From a bacterium (GTDB lineage: Bacteria; RBG-13-61-14; DATKZS01), in NCBI GenBank assembly GCA_963674965.2, contig CAXXFL010000006.1, positions 608,001 to 672,000 of the forward strand: a DNA stretch of 64,000 nucleotides. Direction: 5' to 3'. The notes below the pieces were generated by a model, which worked only from the letters and a program-made list of their open reading frames with translations, ran no database searches and was not told where the DNA came from. The first letter of the stretch is position 1. Each line of letters starts with the position of its first letter. The position numbers and the translations under genes were made by a program. Positions 19,385 through 29,139 of the stretch are shown one piece after another.

Positions 19385-19540
19385 ATAAGGAAGTCACGAA
19401 ACGGGAACAAAAAACCTAGATCAATGAAAGGCACTCGAAAAGGAGGTGCTTCGACCAGGCGGGAAAATTAATTCAAGGATATTTTGAGGTGGGGTCCGTA
19501 CACCGAACAGTTTAAAAAGAAAAATTAAAAAAGGAGAATT

Positions 19541-19990
19541 ATGATGGAGAAAAAGAAAGGTTTTACGCTTATCGAGCTCATGATCGTCGTGGCGATCATC
19601 GGTATTCTCGCGGCTATCGCTATCCCGGACTTCCTTAAGTTCCAGGCGAAGGCCAAACAGTCCGAGGCCAAGACCAACCTCGGCGCCATCTTCACCACCC
19701 AGGTAGCTTACTTCGGCGAGGCCAACGAGTACGGCGGCGGCGCCGAGTGCTTCACCTATCTCCACTGGGAGCCCGAGGGGAGCGCCATGTACTCCTATTT
19801 CTGCGGTAGCCAGGAAATCGAGGCCACCAAGGGCGGAGGCGAGTGTCTTGGCGATACTCCGGCTGGTATTGACAGCGACTCCCAGTCCTTTACCGTTGGA
19901 GCTTCCGGCAACATCGATAATGACGATACGTGCGATCAGTGGACAATCAACGACGCCAAGACTCTGACGAACCTCCAGACCGACCTTTAA
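19541..19990 (+). CDS. pilA: Type IVa major pilin
   Basis: [26 protein letters not shown] prepilin motif, [20 protein letters not shown]. Confidence 0.92.
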   Translation: MMEKKKGFTLIELMIVVAIIGILAAIAIPDFLKFQAKAKQSEAKTNLGAIFTTQVAYFGEANEYGGGAECFTYLHWEPEGSAMYSYFCGSQEIEATKGGGECLGDTPAGIDSDSQSFTVGASGNIDNDDTCDQWTINDAKTLTNLQTDL

Positions 19991-20016
19991 TCCGACCTGA
20001 CCGGACCTTGCCCGTT

Positions 20017-20050
20017 AAAGAGGGGGGCCTTAATCGGCCTCCCTTTTTTT
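20017..20050 (+). terminator. Rho-independent terminator after pilA
   Basis: AAAGAGGGGGGCC-TTAATC-GGCCTCCC-TTTTTTT. Confidence 0.8.
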
Positions 20051-20227
20051 ACATCCCTATCGGCGGCTTCCTTTTTTCTCCCCCTTGCTTTTTCTCCTTG
20101 CCGCTCATATAATGCACTTCTCGGAAATCTTATCATTTCCATGGACATTTTTCGCCCGGGAAGGAGACGGAAATATCTTTTTCGCCGCCCGGGCGATATT
20201 ATAATCCCCAGGGAGGAATAACAAAGT

Positions 20228-22339
20228 ATGCTTTCATGGATGAGAAAAAGCGCGGGCAAGCGTTGGGTCAAGGTCATGATGGTAGTCCTGGCGGCCACCT
20301 TTTTCGCCGGCTTCGGCCTTCTGGGCTCGACCAAGGTGAAGAACTGTCTTGGCGTGGAGGACCAAAACGCCCCCGTCCCGCTCGTGATAATCGACAAGGA
20401 CCCGAGTCTGGTTGTCTCGGAAAACGAGTTCAGGAACAGGGTGAGCCAGCGGGAACAGCAGATACGCAACATGTACAGAAACAATTTCCCCGGCCAGAGC
20501 ATTCCCGACGGCGTTCTCAACGTCAACCGGATACACCGCGAGGTCATCGATCAGATGGTCCGCGAGCTCCTGGTTGAAAAGGAAGCGGAGAAACTGGGCC
20601 TCAAGGCGAGCAAGTCCGAGATACAAAACGAGATCGCGGGCATTCTGGCCAGAAACGGCCTCCAGTTCGACGGGCGGGCCTATCGTGATTTCCTAAGCCG
20701 CGTCCGCATGACCGACCAGGATTTCGAGGGCATGATCGCCCAGAACATCGTCATGGAAAAGGTCCAGGGGATAGTGGCCAGCGGCGTGACCGTTACCGAC
20801 GAGGAGGCAAGGGAGAGATACGCCTTCGAGAACGGCAAGGTCAAGCTCGACTGTATAGTAATTGACCCCGCCGTCATCGCCGCGGACGCGCTTCCCTCGG
20901 ACACGGCCGTGAAGGAATATTACGACGATAAGACCCAGGATTTCGAACTGGGAGAAACCAGGAGAGTCGAGTACGTGTCCTGGTCAGTGAAGGATATAAT
21001 GGATGAAATCCAGGTATCGGGCGATCAGGTCGAAGAATACTATGAGGGGAGCAAGGAAAGGTACATGATCAAGCCTCCCCTGGCCAGGGCGCGGCATATC
21101 ATCATCCAGGTGGACAAAATGGCGCCGGAAAACGACGTCGAGGCCGCCAGGATAAGGATCGAGGAAATCAAGAAGAAGGCCGACGAGCCCGGCGCGGACT
21201 TCGCCGAGTTGGCCAAACAGTTCTCCGAGGGACCCACCAAGGATAATGGAGGAGACCTGGGATGGTTTACCAAGGGCGATTACAGCGGACGCTTCAAGGA
21301 CGAGGAAGGAAATTCCTATTCCGCCATGGTTTCTGAGTTCGAGGAGGCGTCCTTCTCCCTCGAGCCCGGACAGATATCCGAGCCTTTCAGGTCCGACTTC
21401 GGGTTCCATATAGTCAAGCTGGAAGAGAAGAAAGACCCCCAATACATGGGGCTTGACCTGGTAAAGGACGAGGTGGCCGAAAGCGTGAAACACACCCTTG
21501 CCCTTTCCGCTTTGAACGAGAGGGCCCAGAGCTTCATGGCCATGGTCAAGGACCCGAGCCTGGCGGAGCCGGTCCCGGGCGACTCGGCGGACGCGGCCGA
21601 CGGAGACACGGCGGCCAAAGAGGAGGCCCCTCCCTCGGGCGACGATGACCCGTTCTTAAAGGCCGCCTCCCTGCAGGGCAAAGAGGTCAAGACCTCCAAC
21701 TGGTTCCAGGCCTTCGACGACGGCATATTCGGACTCGCGGACAGTAAAGCCATTATCGAGCCCGCCTTCAAACTCGAGGAAGGCCAGGTCTCCGAGCCGA
21801 TTTCGGGCGTGGACCACGTGTATATAGTCAGGGCCATAGACTTTAAATCCGAGCGGCAAGGCTCGCTCGAGGAAGTGCGGGACAGGATAGTAAAAATACT
21901 CAAGCCGCCGGTGGAGGTTGAAAAAACCATGGAGACGGCCTCCGGGTACGTCCAGGCCCTGAAAAAAGGCGAACTGGAGAAATCGGCGCTATTGGAGAAG
22001 GACGGCGTCGAGTTGGTCGAGGTGGACTTTACTCCCCGGGCGGAGCTTTTCATCGAGGGAGTCGGCTACTCGGATACCCTGATGAAGGAAGTGGGTCTCA
22101 TGTCGGAGTCGAGTCCCTGGCCGGAGGACCCGGTCGAGGTCGGCGGCAAGGTCGTGATCGCTCACCTTCTCGCTACCGAGCCGGCGGACATGAGCGAGTT
22201 CGCCGAGCGGGAGGAAGCGTTCAAATCCCAGATGCTTATGATGAAGCGAAAGGAAACCATCGAGTCCTGGCTGGACAACATGGCCAAAGGCGGGGTCGAA
22301 TACACCGACAAGCTGCGGGAAATTTCCAAGGCCTTCTGA
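20228..22339 (+). CDS. ppiD: PpiD/SurA-like membrane-anchored parvulin peptidyl-prolyl isomerase
   Basis: N-terminal TM, SurA_N-like region, rotamase motifs ARHIII, FAELAKQFSEG..GGDLGWF, GQISEPFRSDFGFHIVKL. Confidence 0.8.
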   Translation: MLSWMRKSAGKRWVKVMMVVLAATFFAGFGLLGSTKVKNCLGVEDQNAPVPLVIIDKDPSLVVSENEFRNRVSQREQQIRNMYRNNFPGQSIPDGVLNVNRIHREVIDQMVRELLVEKEAEKLGLKASKSEIQNEIAGILARNGLQFDGRAYRDFLSRVRMTDQDFEGMIAQNIVMEKVQGIVASGVTVTDEEARERYAFENGKVKLDCIVIDPAVIAADALPSDTAVKEYYDDKTQDFELGETRRVEYVSWSVKDIMDEIQVSGDQVEEYYEGSKERYMIKPPLARARHIIIQVDKMAPENDVEAARIRIEEIKKKADEPGADFAELAKQFSEGPTKDNGGDLGWFTKGDYSGRFKDEEGNSYSAMVSEFEEASFSLEPGQISEPFRSDFGFHIVKLEEKKDPQYMGLDLVKDEVAESVKHTLALSALNERAQSFMAMVKDPSLAEPVPGDSADAADGDTAAKEEAPPSGDDDPFLKAASLQGKEVKTSNWFQAFDDGIFGLADSKAIIEPAFKLEEGQVSEPISGVDHVYIVRAIDFKSERQGSLEEVRDRIVKILKPPVEVEKTMETASGYVQALKKGELEKSALLEKDGVELVEVDFTPRAELFIEGVGYSDTLMKEVGLMSESSPWPEDPVEVGGKVVIAHLLATEPADMSEFAEREEAFKSQMLMMKRKETIESWLDNMAKGGVEYTDKLREISKAF

Positions 22340-22498
22340 GTAAGCTTTGAATACTGAGACCGCTTTCAGGCCATGGAACAAATCGTCCCGGAACGCTCAT
22401 TATGGTTCCCGTTGATGATACCAATATTCCCAATATGCTTTCGCGTGGTATGATGCCTTGTATGTATGGCCGCGCGAAAGCAATGCGAGCAAGGCGCC

Positions 22499-23617
22499 AT
22501 GAGCAGGATCGACCTGTTATTTAAAACCGCGGCCGGGGCTTTTCGACCCCGTCATATTCAGTATCTAATCCTGTTCGTCACCTCCAAATGCAACGCGCGC
22601 TGTAAAATGTGCTTTAACTGGCGCGCTCTCGACGGACCTTCCTCCTCGCCCGATCTAGAGTTGGACGAAATCCGCCGCCTGAGCCGGTCCGTGCCCGACC
22701 TTATTCAACTGACCCTGTCCGGAGGAGAGCCTTTCCTCCGCGACGACCTGGTCCAGATCGTCGAGGCCTTTCACAATAACACCGGCGTAAGCCAGGTGAC
22801 CCTGCCCACGAACGGCGTCCTGACCGAGCGGATATCCGAGGCGGTGGAGACCATACTCGACCGTTTCCCCCGCCTGGCCGTTAACCTGGACCTAAGCGTT
22901 GACGGCGTCGGCCCGGAACACGACGATATAAGGGGGAGGCCCGGGACCTACGAAAAAGTTATCGAGACCTACCTGGCGGCGGCCGAGATCAGAAAAAGAA
23001 GGCCGGCGCTTCGGCTGGGCATGTCGGCGGTGCTATCCAGCTTTAACCGCGATAGGATACTGGATACCCTGGACGAGATGGCCAATAAGTTCTCTTTCGA
23101 CCGGCACGAGGTAATGCTGGCCAGGGGCTCGACGAGAGACCCGGCCGCGACGGCGGTCCCGATCGAGGTCTATGAAAAGGCCCACCGCTGGATCAAGGAG
23201 CATGACCGGGCGGGAAGCGGCTCACCTTTCGGACGACTCAACTACCAGTTGGCGCTTATGATGCGGGAGAAACTGGCCCGAACGGTCCGGGAAAAACGCA
23301 TGGTACTGCCCTGCCTGGCCGGGTCCAAGCTGGCGGTCGTCGAGGCCGACGGTACCGCTCGTCCCTGCGAGATACTCCACGTGCTCTACCCCGAGGGAAG
23401 GCCCGATCTTGGCCTTGCCGACTTCGAACTGGGCAACGTAAGGGACAACGACTACGACCTGGCCCGGATAGCCGGGTCCGACAAGACCCGCCTCGTAACC
23501 GACTTCATCCGGGATTCCCGCTGCTACTGCACCTTCGAGTGCGCCCTCTTCAACTCGATCGTCTTCAATCCCCGCCAATGGCCCGAGTTGGCCGCGCGGG
23601 TTATTCTCAACCCTTGA
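22499..23617 (+). CDS. Radical SAM protein with SPASM/twitch-like C-terminus (start 22466 or 22499)
   Basis: CNARCKMC (CxxxCxxC), SGGEPFLR, CLAG..DGTARPCE..CYCTFEC. Confidence 0.85.
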   Translation: MSRIDLLFKTAAGAFRPRHIQYLILFVTSKCNARCKMCFNWRALDGPSSSPDLELDEIRRLSRSVPDLIQLTLSGGEPFLRDDLVQIVEAFHNNTGVSQVTLPTNGVLTERISEAVETILDRFPRLAVNLDLSVDGVGPEHDDIRGRPGTYEKVIETYLAAAEIRKRRPALRLGMSAVLSSFNRDRILDTLDEMANKFSFDRHEVMLARGSTRDPAATAVPIEVYEKAHRWIKEHDRAGSGSPFGRLNYQLALMMREKLARTVREKRMVLPCLAGSKLAVVEADGTARPCEILHVLYPEGRPDLGLADFELGNVRDNDYDLARIAGSDKTRLVTDFIRDSRCYCTFECALFNSIVFNPRQWPELAARVILNP

Positions 23618-23815
23618 ATCAAAAAACCGATTTAAAGGAAAACGAGCTTTCCAACCACAATTTTCACTCAACAAGCCGTCGTTGAATTCTCTTCCCCCGC
23701 CGGCCGAAAAATGCTATGCTTATCCAGTTGACTGAAAAATGGCTCCTGCTCAATAAGACAAGGGGTTGGTCTATAGGAAAAAGGCGTCCAAGCACGATGT
23801 ACAGGGAGAATCGAC

Positions 23816-24340
23816 ATGAGCGGCGACGAAGGGGCGATGAGGGATTCAAGGTCCGCGTTGCGCGGCAAGACCAATGAGGAGCTTCTCTCGATCATGTCGG
23901 GACTAACGGAAGCGGAATCCGACCTCGAGGAGGAAATCCGAGATATTTTCATCGAGAGAAAAGTCGTCTTTCCGACCGATAAGCCCTCCGTTCAAAACCC
24001 AGGTCCAGGCCGGCCCGGATACTCCATCGCGGCGACCATTGGCGTCGCCGCTATAAACCTTCTATTTTGCGGCCCCCTTACGATGGTCATTATCTTCAAG
24101 GTGGCGTCTTCCTATATTCCCAGTGGAGGAGATTTCGTCGGTGCAGTACCCGCGTTGCTGGTAAGCTTTCCCGCCACCCTTCTTACTCTTACGCTCTCGA
24201 ACCTGGCCCTGTTTATTTATTCGAGAAAACGAATGAAGCTTTATAAGTTCGGCGGCGGTTTTTTAATCGCGGCCTGGATATGGGGACTGCTTCTGATCAT
24301 ATTCCTTATAAAATTCATTTCGATGCTCCCGTCTCGATGA
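23816..24340 (+). CDS. Hypothetical membrane protein (3 TM)
   Basis: GGGAGA RBS; three hydrophobic segments. Confidence 0.6.
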   Translation: MSGDEGAMRDSRSALRGKTNEELLSIMSGLTEAESDLEEEIRDIFIERKVVFPTDKPSVQNPGPGRPGYSIAATIGVAAINLLFCGPLTMVIIFKVASSYIPSGGDFVGAVPALLVSFPATLLTLTLSNLALFIYSRKRMKLYKFGGGFLIAAWIWGLLLIIFLIKFISMLPSR

Positions 24341-24500
24341 GGCTTAGGCTTAGCCGGGTGATTGATATTTCCGGCTTGGAGCCGTCTTTTTATCCCACCT
24401 TATTTCCTCCGTCCATCCCGGCCCCCCCCCCCCAAAAAATATTCTTCGCCAAGGTAAGTCTTTGTTAACATTACATAAACGCGATTTCACCGCGCTCCTC

Positions 24501-24528
24501 TTGACAACTTTTTACTCGTGCTTATTTT
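24501..24528 (+). promoter_or_regulatory. Putative sigma70 promoter of the hsp20 cluster
   Basis: TTGACA-16 nt-TATTTT. Confidence 0.45.
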
Positions 24529-24580
24529 TTAATTGGGCGATGGAAAAGCCCGAAGAAAGTTTAATCAGGAGGTGTCAGGT

Positions 24581-24991
24581 ATGAACTGGAACGTGTTCGA
24601 CGCGTGGGACGATCCCTTTGGATGGACTGGCTCGGTTGCCCGACGCTCCAGGTTGTCCGGCGCGGGTTTTCCGCGACTTAACGTTCACGGCAACGAGGAA
24701 GAGCTTCTCGTTGTAGGTGAAATACCCGGGCTGAACTCGGACGATCTGGACATAACGGTCAAAGGCCGGAGCCTGACCTTGAAGGGGTCCAGGAAAATCG
24801 TGGAGCTTGGGGAGGACGAAAACTACTCTCATCGGGAAAGGACGGGCGGCGAGTTCAGCCGGGCCCTTACCCTTCCTTTCGAGGTGGACCCGGACAAGGT
24901 CTCGGCCAACTATGAGAACGGTACGCTTTCCATTCACCTTCCCAGGACGGAGAAAGACAAGCCCCGCAAGATCGAGGTAAAGGTCGCCTGA
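24581..24991 (+). CDS. Hsp20/alpha-crystallin small heat shock protein
   Basis: GGAGGTG RBS; FPRLNV, ERTGGEFSRALTLP, ANYENGTLSIHLP, PRKIEV. Confidence 0.92.
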   Translation: MNWNVFDAWDDPFGWTGSVARRSRLSGAGFPRLNVHGNEEELLVVGEIPGLNSDDLDITVKGRSLTLKGSRKIVELGEDENYSHRERTGGEFSRALTLPFEVDPDKVSANYENGTLSIHLPRTEKDKPRKIEVKVA

Positions 24992-25025
24992 AGAGGGCGC
25001 GGGAATAATAAGGGGAGGATCGATC

Positions 25026-25385
25026 ATGAGCAATCACGATAAAGAAGTCGAGAAAATGGTATTCGTCCCTAAGGTGGACGTAATCGAGGGCAAAAACAAC
25101 TTCACTCTCAGGGCCGACTTGCCGGGAGTGGTATCTGAGGACGTGGATGTAAACCTTACCGGCGACCTTCTGACCATCGCGGCCAAGGTCAAGGAGTACG
25201 AAGCTCGCGGCCTGCCCATGCTCTACGGTGAGTTTGTAACGGGCGATTACGAGGTTTCCTTCAAGGTCTCGAACAAAGTGGACAAGGAAAAGATCGAGGC
25301 CGAGTTGAAGGACGGGGTGCTGACTCTGACCATGCCCAAGGCGGCGGAGGTCAAGCCGAGGCAAATAAAGGTAAAGGCGGCGTAA
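25026..25385 (+). CDS. Hsp20 small heat shock protein
   Basis: PKVDVIE, ADLPGV, AELKDGVLTLTMPK, PRQIKV. Confidence 0.92.
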   Translation: MSNHDKEVEKMVFVPKVDVIEGKNNFTLRADLPGVVSEDVDVNLTGDLLTIAAKVKEYEARGLPMLYGEFVTGDYEVSFKVSNKVDKEKIEAELKDGVLTLTMPKAAEVKPRQIKVKAA

Positions 25386-25420
25386 GCCGTCGGGACAATA
25401 GCTGAAAGGAGGTGTCCTAA

Positions 25421-25912
25421 ATGAGCTTTCGTGACATAGTGCCCTGGCGCGGGCTTAAAAAGAACGATAGTCTTTCCAGGAGAGACGAGTATGAGGACGC
25501 TTTCCTGGGCCTGCAAAAACACGTGAACGATCTGTTCGACAATTTCTTCTCGGGCTCCGGTTTTGGTATCGAGCCGCTGATGGGGAGGACGTTCACTCCC
25601 AAGGTGGACGTGGTCGAGACCGATGAGGCCATCATGGTCAAAGCCGAGCTTCCCGGGATGGACGAGAAGGAAATCGACGTAAGCGTGAATGACGACTCTC
25701 TCGTTCTCAAGGGCGAGAAGAAGGAAGAAAAGGAAGAGAAGAAAGGCGGGTTCCACCGCGTGGAAAGAAGCTATGGCTCCTTCTACAGGCGGATCGCCAT
25801 CCCGGCCGAGGTGGACGCGGAAAAAGTCGAGGCCTCCTATAAGAACGGAGTGCTCACCGTAAACCTCCCGAAGACCGGGACCGGGACCACCAAAAAGATC
25901 AAATTGAACTGA
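25421..25912 (+). CDS. Hsp20 small heat shock protein
   Basis: PKVDVVE, AELPGM, ERSYGSFYRRIAIP, ASYKNGVLTVNLPK. Confidence 0.93.
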   Translation: MSFRDIVPWRGLKKNDSLSRRDEYEDAFLGLQKHVNDLFDNFFSGSGFGIEPLMGRTFTPKVDVVETDEAIMVKAELPGMDEKEIDVSVNDDSLVLKGEKKEEKEEKKGGFHRVERSYGSFYRRIAIPAEVDAEKVEASYKNGVLTVNLPKTGTGTTKKIKLN

Positions 25913-25920
25913 CGCTCGAG

Positions 25921-25985
25921 AAAAGGGGGCGGCCCATATTAACGCCGCCCCCTGCCCTATGGTGGCAAGCCGATCGGGCTTGCCG
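25921..25985. terminator. Two hairpins between convergent hsp20 and PQQ-propeller genes
   Basis: AAAA-GGGGGCGGC..GCCGCCCCC and GGCAAGCC-GATCG-GGCTTGCC. Confidence 0.6.
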
Positions 25986-26017
25986 CTAAACGCCCTTTAA
26001 CTTTAAACTTGATTTCA

Positions 26018-28438
26018 TCATTCATTAGTGGACGCGATCCGCGCCCCGTCGATAAAAACCAAAGCCTCGACCCTTTCCTTCATCAGAGAGTACTTCCAGG
26101 GCAACTCGACCTCGGTGCGAAGCGCGTTTCCCTCCGAGTCCGAAATTTGCGCGGTGGCCCGGCCGTAATCGATTGTCAGCGGCTCCCTCGTCCCGGCGTC
26201 TATCAGCATGATACCCAGGTTATGCTCGCCGGTCTTGAGGCCGGAGGTGTTCTCGTACTCCGCCACCACCTTTCCCCCTTTGATCGATAGCGACTTGACC
26301 GAGATTCCTTCCGGCGCCTTGGGCGCCTCGGCTTTTTTGACGTGGAGGGTCCCCACGCAGGGCGTGCCGAAAACCGGGACCTCGTAAAAGGACTCGGCCA
26401 TGGATAACGACTTGCCCTCCGCGTAAAGACTGTTGATCGATATCTTGAGGTCGTCGTCTCCCTCCTCGATGACCCCGGCCCCCCGAAACAGACTGAAACC
26501 AAGGCGGTCGCCGGCGTGATCGAATTCCACGTCCTTGCCCTCCATGATGATCATGCCGTTGTCGTACTTGACCCGGGCCCCGAAGTTCACACGGTTGCCC
26601 GCCTCGGGATTGTACTTGCCTTGCTCGTCGGGTATAGCCACCATGACCCAGGCGTTCCAGGTGTCGGGCGCCACTTCCTCGGTGGGAACCACCAGGAAGT
26701 TCATGTCGTCCATCCCGATCTGGGCCACGCTGGGAAAGATGGTGGGCTGATAAAAGGACATGTGCGTATAGACGATGGGCTCGCCCGGCTCCGGCTCCGG
26801 AGCGCTGGGCATGGACGTTTTAAACTTGACCTCATCCTCGAACTCGCCCAGAAGCTTGCCCGAGGTTATCCAGATATGACCCAAAAGCGTGAAACCCTGC
26901 TCGCGATACCGGCCCTTGACCCGGACCGCGTACTCCCGGTCCGGCTCCACGTGTCCGTCGGGAACGATATTTATAAAACGATGGTCCAGCGACACCGTGA
27001 CGTGGTGGGGGAAGTAAGGCTCGACCTCGACCTCGAGGCCGCCCCGCTCGACGCCGGCCGCCCGGGTGTCGCCTCCTTCCCTGGCCAGGAGCCTGAGCGT
27101 GGCCACCGCCCCGGGCATTACGCCCTCCACCGTCTCCTCCATGGAGGTCGAGCTTCCGCCCGGCGTGACCCAGAAAAGGCTCACTCCCGAGTCGGGCAAT
27201 CCCTCGCCATGGTCGACCACGCAGCGGGGGTCCGTCCTGCCGGCCTCGAGGCAATAGTCGTAGGGAATCTGCACCACCCGGCCGTCCTGCATGGCCAGGT
27301 AAAAGGCCCTCTCGCCCAGGGCTATCGAGGCGTTCACGTCGTTCTCGTCGCTTTCGGTCAGGTTGATGGACCAGCGTCTCTTTCCGTCCGGGCCCAGCAC
27401 GAAGACCTCGCCGTTGCCGTTGCCGAAATAGATATTTCCGTCCCCGTCCACCGCCGGCGACGAGCGGATGGGATCGAGCGTGTCGTAGGTCCAGATAAGG
27501 CGCGGCTCGTCCCCCGCGTCCTGGAGGGCGTACATCGAGCCGTCGCAGCTCGGGATATAGATCATGCCGTTGGCCAGGGCCGCCGACGCGTAAACGTGGT
27601 CGCCCGTCTTGAAGCTCCATATCTTCTTGCCCGTCGCGGGATCGAGGGCGTAAAGCTTTCCGTCAAAACTGGCCACGTATACCCGGCCATTATCGCCGAT
27701 GGCCGGCGAGGCCGATACCACTCCCCAGGTCGAGGTCTTCCAAAGGCGGTCCCCCCCGGCGTCCACCCCGTAACAGGCGCGGTCAAGAGAGCAGAAAAAG
27801 TGGCGCCCCGCGTCGTCGGTCGGGATGGCGCTCCATACAATGCCGCCCGTGCAGGACTCGTACATCTTTTGCCCATCCCGGCTGACGCCGTATAAACAGA
27901 AGTCGTCGTTAGGCGCCAGGACCGTCCCGTCCGGACCGATCGTCACGTTGCCCTCGAACCAGTTTACCTTGGGCACGACCCCGGACTCGAGGTTGGTGGG
28001 AGAGAACTTCCAGATCGGCTCGCCCGTTTCGATATCCATGGCGTAAACGAAGCCGTCGCCGCCTGGTATATAAACGCGGCCGTCGTCGGATATTGCGGCG
28101 GCGCTGTCGATAAGCCGCTCGGTCCGGTAAGACCACTTCAGTTTTCCGTCCGGGCCGATGGCGTAGAAAACAAAGTCGGCCGATCCGATGTAGACCGTTC
28201 CATCCGCTCCCACCACGGGCGTCGAGAAAATGGGACCGTCCGTATGAAAGGTCCAGATCGGGACCTGGTCGCGATCGGCCAACTCGGAGGGCTTCACGTT
28301 CTCCGCCCACCCGGTGTTGCGGTAATCGCGGCGCATGCTCGGCCAGGGCGCCTCCTCGTCGTAACCGGCCGCAAAGCCGATCGTCGAGACCATCGAGATA
28401 GCCCACGCAAAAAACGCCATTAAAACAAACTTCTTCAT
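26018..28438 (-). CDS. Exported PQQ-like (BamB-type) beta-propeller repeat protein
   Basis: Signal peptide; repeats such as STPVVGADGTVYIGSAD..YAI.PDGKLKW, SSPAVDGDGNIYFG. Confidence 0.85.
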   Translation of the reverse strand: MKKFVLMAFFAWAISMVSTIGFAAGYDEEAPWPSMRRDYRNTGWAENVKPSELADRDQVPIWTFHTDGPIFSTPVVGADGTVYIGSADFVFYAIGPDGKLKWSYRTERLIDSAAAISDDGRVYIPGGDGFVYAMDIETGEPIWKFSPTNLESGVVPKVNWFEGNVTIGPDGTVLAPNDDFCLYGVSRDGQKMYESCTGGIVWSAIPTDDAGRHFFCSLDRACYGVDAGGDRLWKTSTWGVVSASPAIGDNGRVYVASFDGKLYALDPATGKKIWSFKTGDHVYASAALANGMIYIPSCDGSMYALQDAGDEPRLIWTYDTLDPIRSSPAVDGDGNIYFGNGNGEVFVLGPDGKRRWSINLTESDENDVNASIALGERAFYLAMQDGRVVQIPYDYCLEAGRTDPRCVVDHGEGLPDSGVSLFWVTPGGSSTSMEETVEGVMPGAVATLRLLAREGGDTRAAGVERGGLEVEVEPYFPHHVTVSLDHRFINIVPDGHVEPDREYAVRVKGRYREQGFTLLGHIWITSGKLLGEFEDEVKFKTSMPSAPEPEPGEPIVYTHMSFYQPTIFPSVAQIGMDDMNFLVVPTEEVAPDTWNAWVMVAIPDEQGKYNPEAGNRVNFGARVKYDNGMIIMEGKDVEFDHAGDRLGFSLFRGAGVIEEGDDDLKISINSLYAEGKSLSMAESFYEVPVFGTPCVGTLHVKKAEAPKAPEGISVKSLSIKGGKVVAEYENTSGLKTGEHNLGIMLIDAGTREPLTIDYGRATAQISDSEGNALRTEVELPWKYSLMKERVEALVFIDGARIASTNE

Positions 28439-28448
28439 GATGAATCCA

Positions 28449-29084
28449 TTATCCTCCCGGCCTTATGCCAAAATATATAAGCTCCGTGATCTGGGCGATA
28501 AGATAATCGATATCCACCTTATCCCGCTCGACGGCGTCCTCGACCACCTCCTTGATCATTCCTATCTGAGCCACCGCCGCCACTCGGCAGTCAAGGGAAC
28601 GCACCAGCCCGAGCCTCTGGCCCAACTCGAGGGCCTGGGCCTGGCGCTGGTAAACGTATTGGTAGAAATCGCGTATTTTCGCGCCAATTTCCTTGTCCGG
28701 ACCGTTGGTCTCGTTCTTCATAATCATGACTATATCATGGTTTTCATAAAGTAATATTGCCACGCTCCTGGCGAAGGCCTCGATGGTCTTGTTCGAGGCG
28801 TCCCTAGTTTCGGCCCAGAAATCAACCAGCACCTTCATGGCGCCGGTGAACTCATCGAGAATCTCAGTCAGAATAGCCTTCTTGTCCGCGTAGTGATAGT
28901 AGAAGGTGCCTTGCGATACTCCGGCATCAGCCACGATGTCAGACACGTTTGCCGCCGCGAACCCGTTTTGGGAGAAGGTCTTTCTCGCCGCCGCCATAAT
29001 CCTTTTTCTTGTGTCTATACCCCTGATTCTTTTGGATTTATACTGGAGAGAAATCTCTTCTGTTTGTTCTTTTTGTTTTTCCAT
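28449..29084 (-). CDS. TetR/AcrR family transcriptional regulator
   Basis: RKRIMAAARKTFSQNGF..VSDIVADAGVSQGTFYYHY.DK. Confidence 0.93.
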   Translation of the reverse strand: MEKQKEQTEEISLQYKSKRIRGIDTRKRIMAAARKTFSQNGFAAANVSDIVADAGVSQGTFYYHYADKKAILTEILDEFTGAMKVLVDFWAETRDASNKTIEAFARSVAILLYENHDIVMIMKNETNGPDKEIGAKIRDFYQYVYQRQAQALELGQRLGLVRSLDCRVAAVAQIGMIKEVVEDAVERDKVDIDYLIAQITELIYFGIRPGG

Positions 29085-29093
29085 GGCAACAAA

Positions 29094-29139
29094 TAACTGA
29101 CTGATCAGTTAATTTACTATAAGGAATGTTAAATGTCAA
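29094..29139 (-). promoter_or_regulatory. tetR promoter with overlapping palindromic operator
   Basis: Minus strand TTGACA (29139-29134)-17 nt-TAAATT (29116-29111); palindrome TAACTGA-CTGA-TCAGTTA at 29094-29111. Confidence 0.65.
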
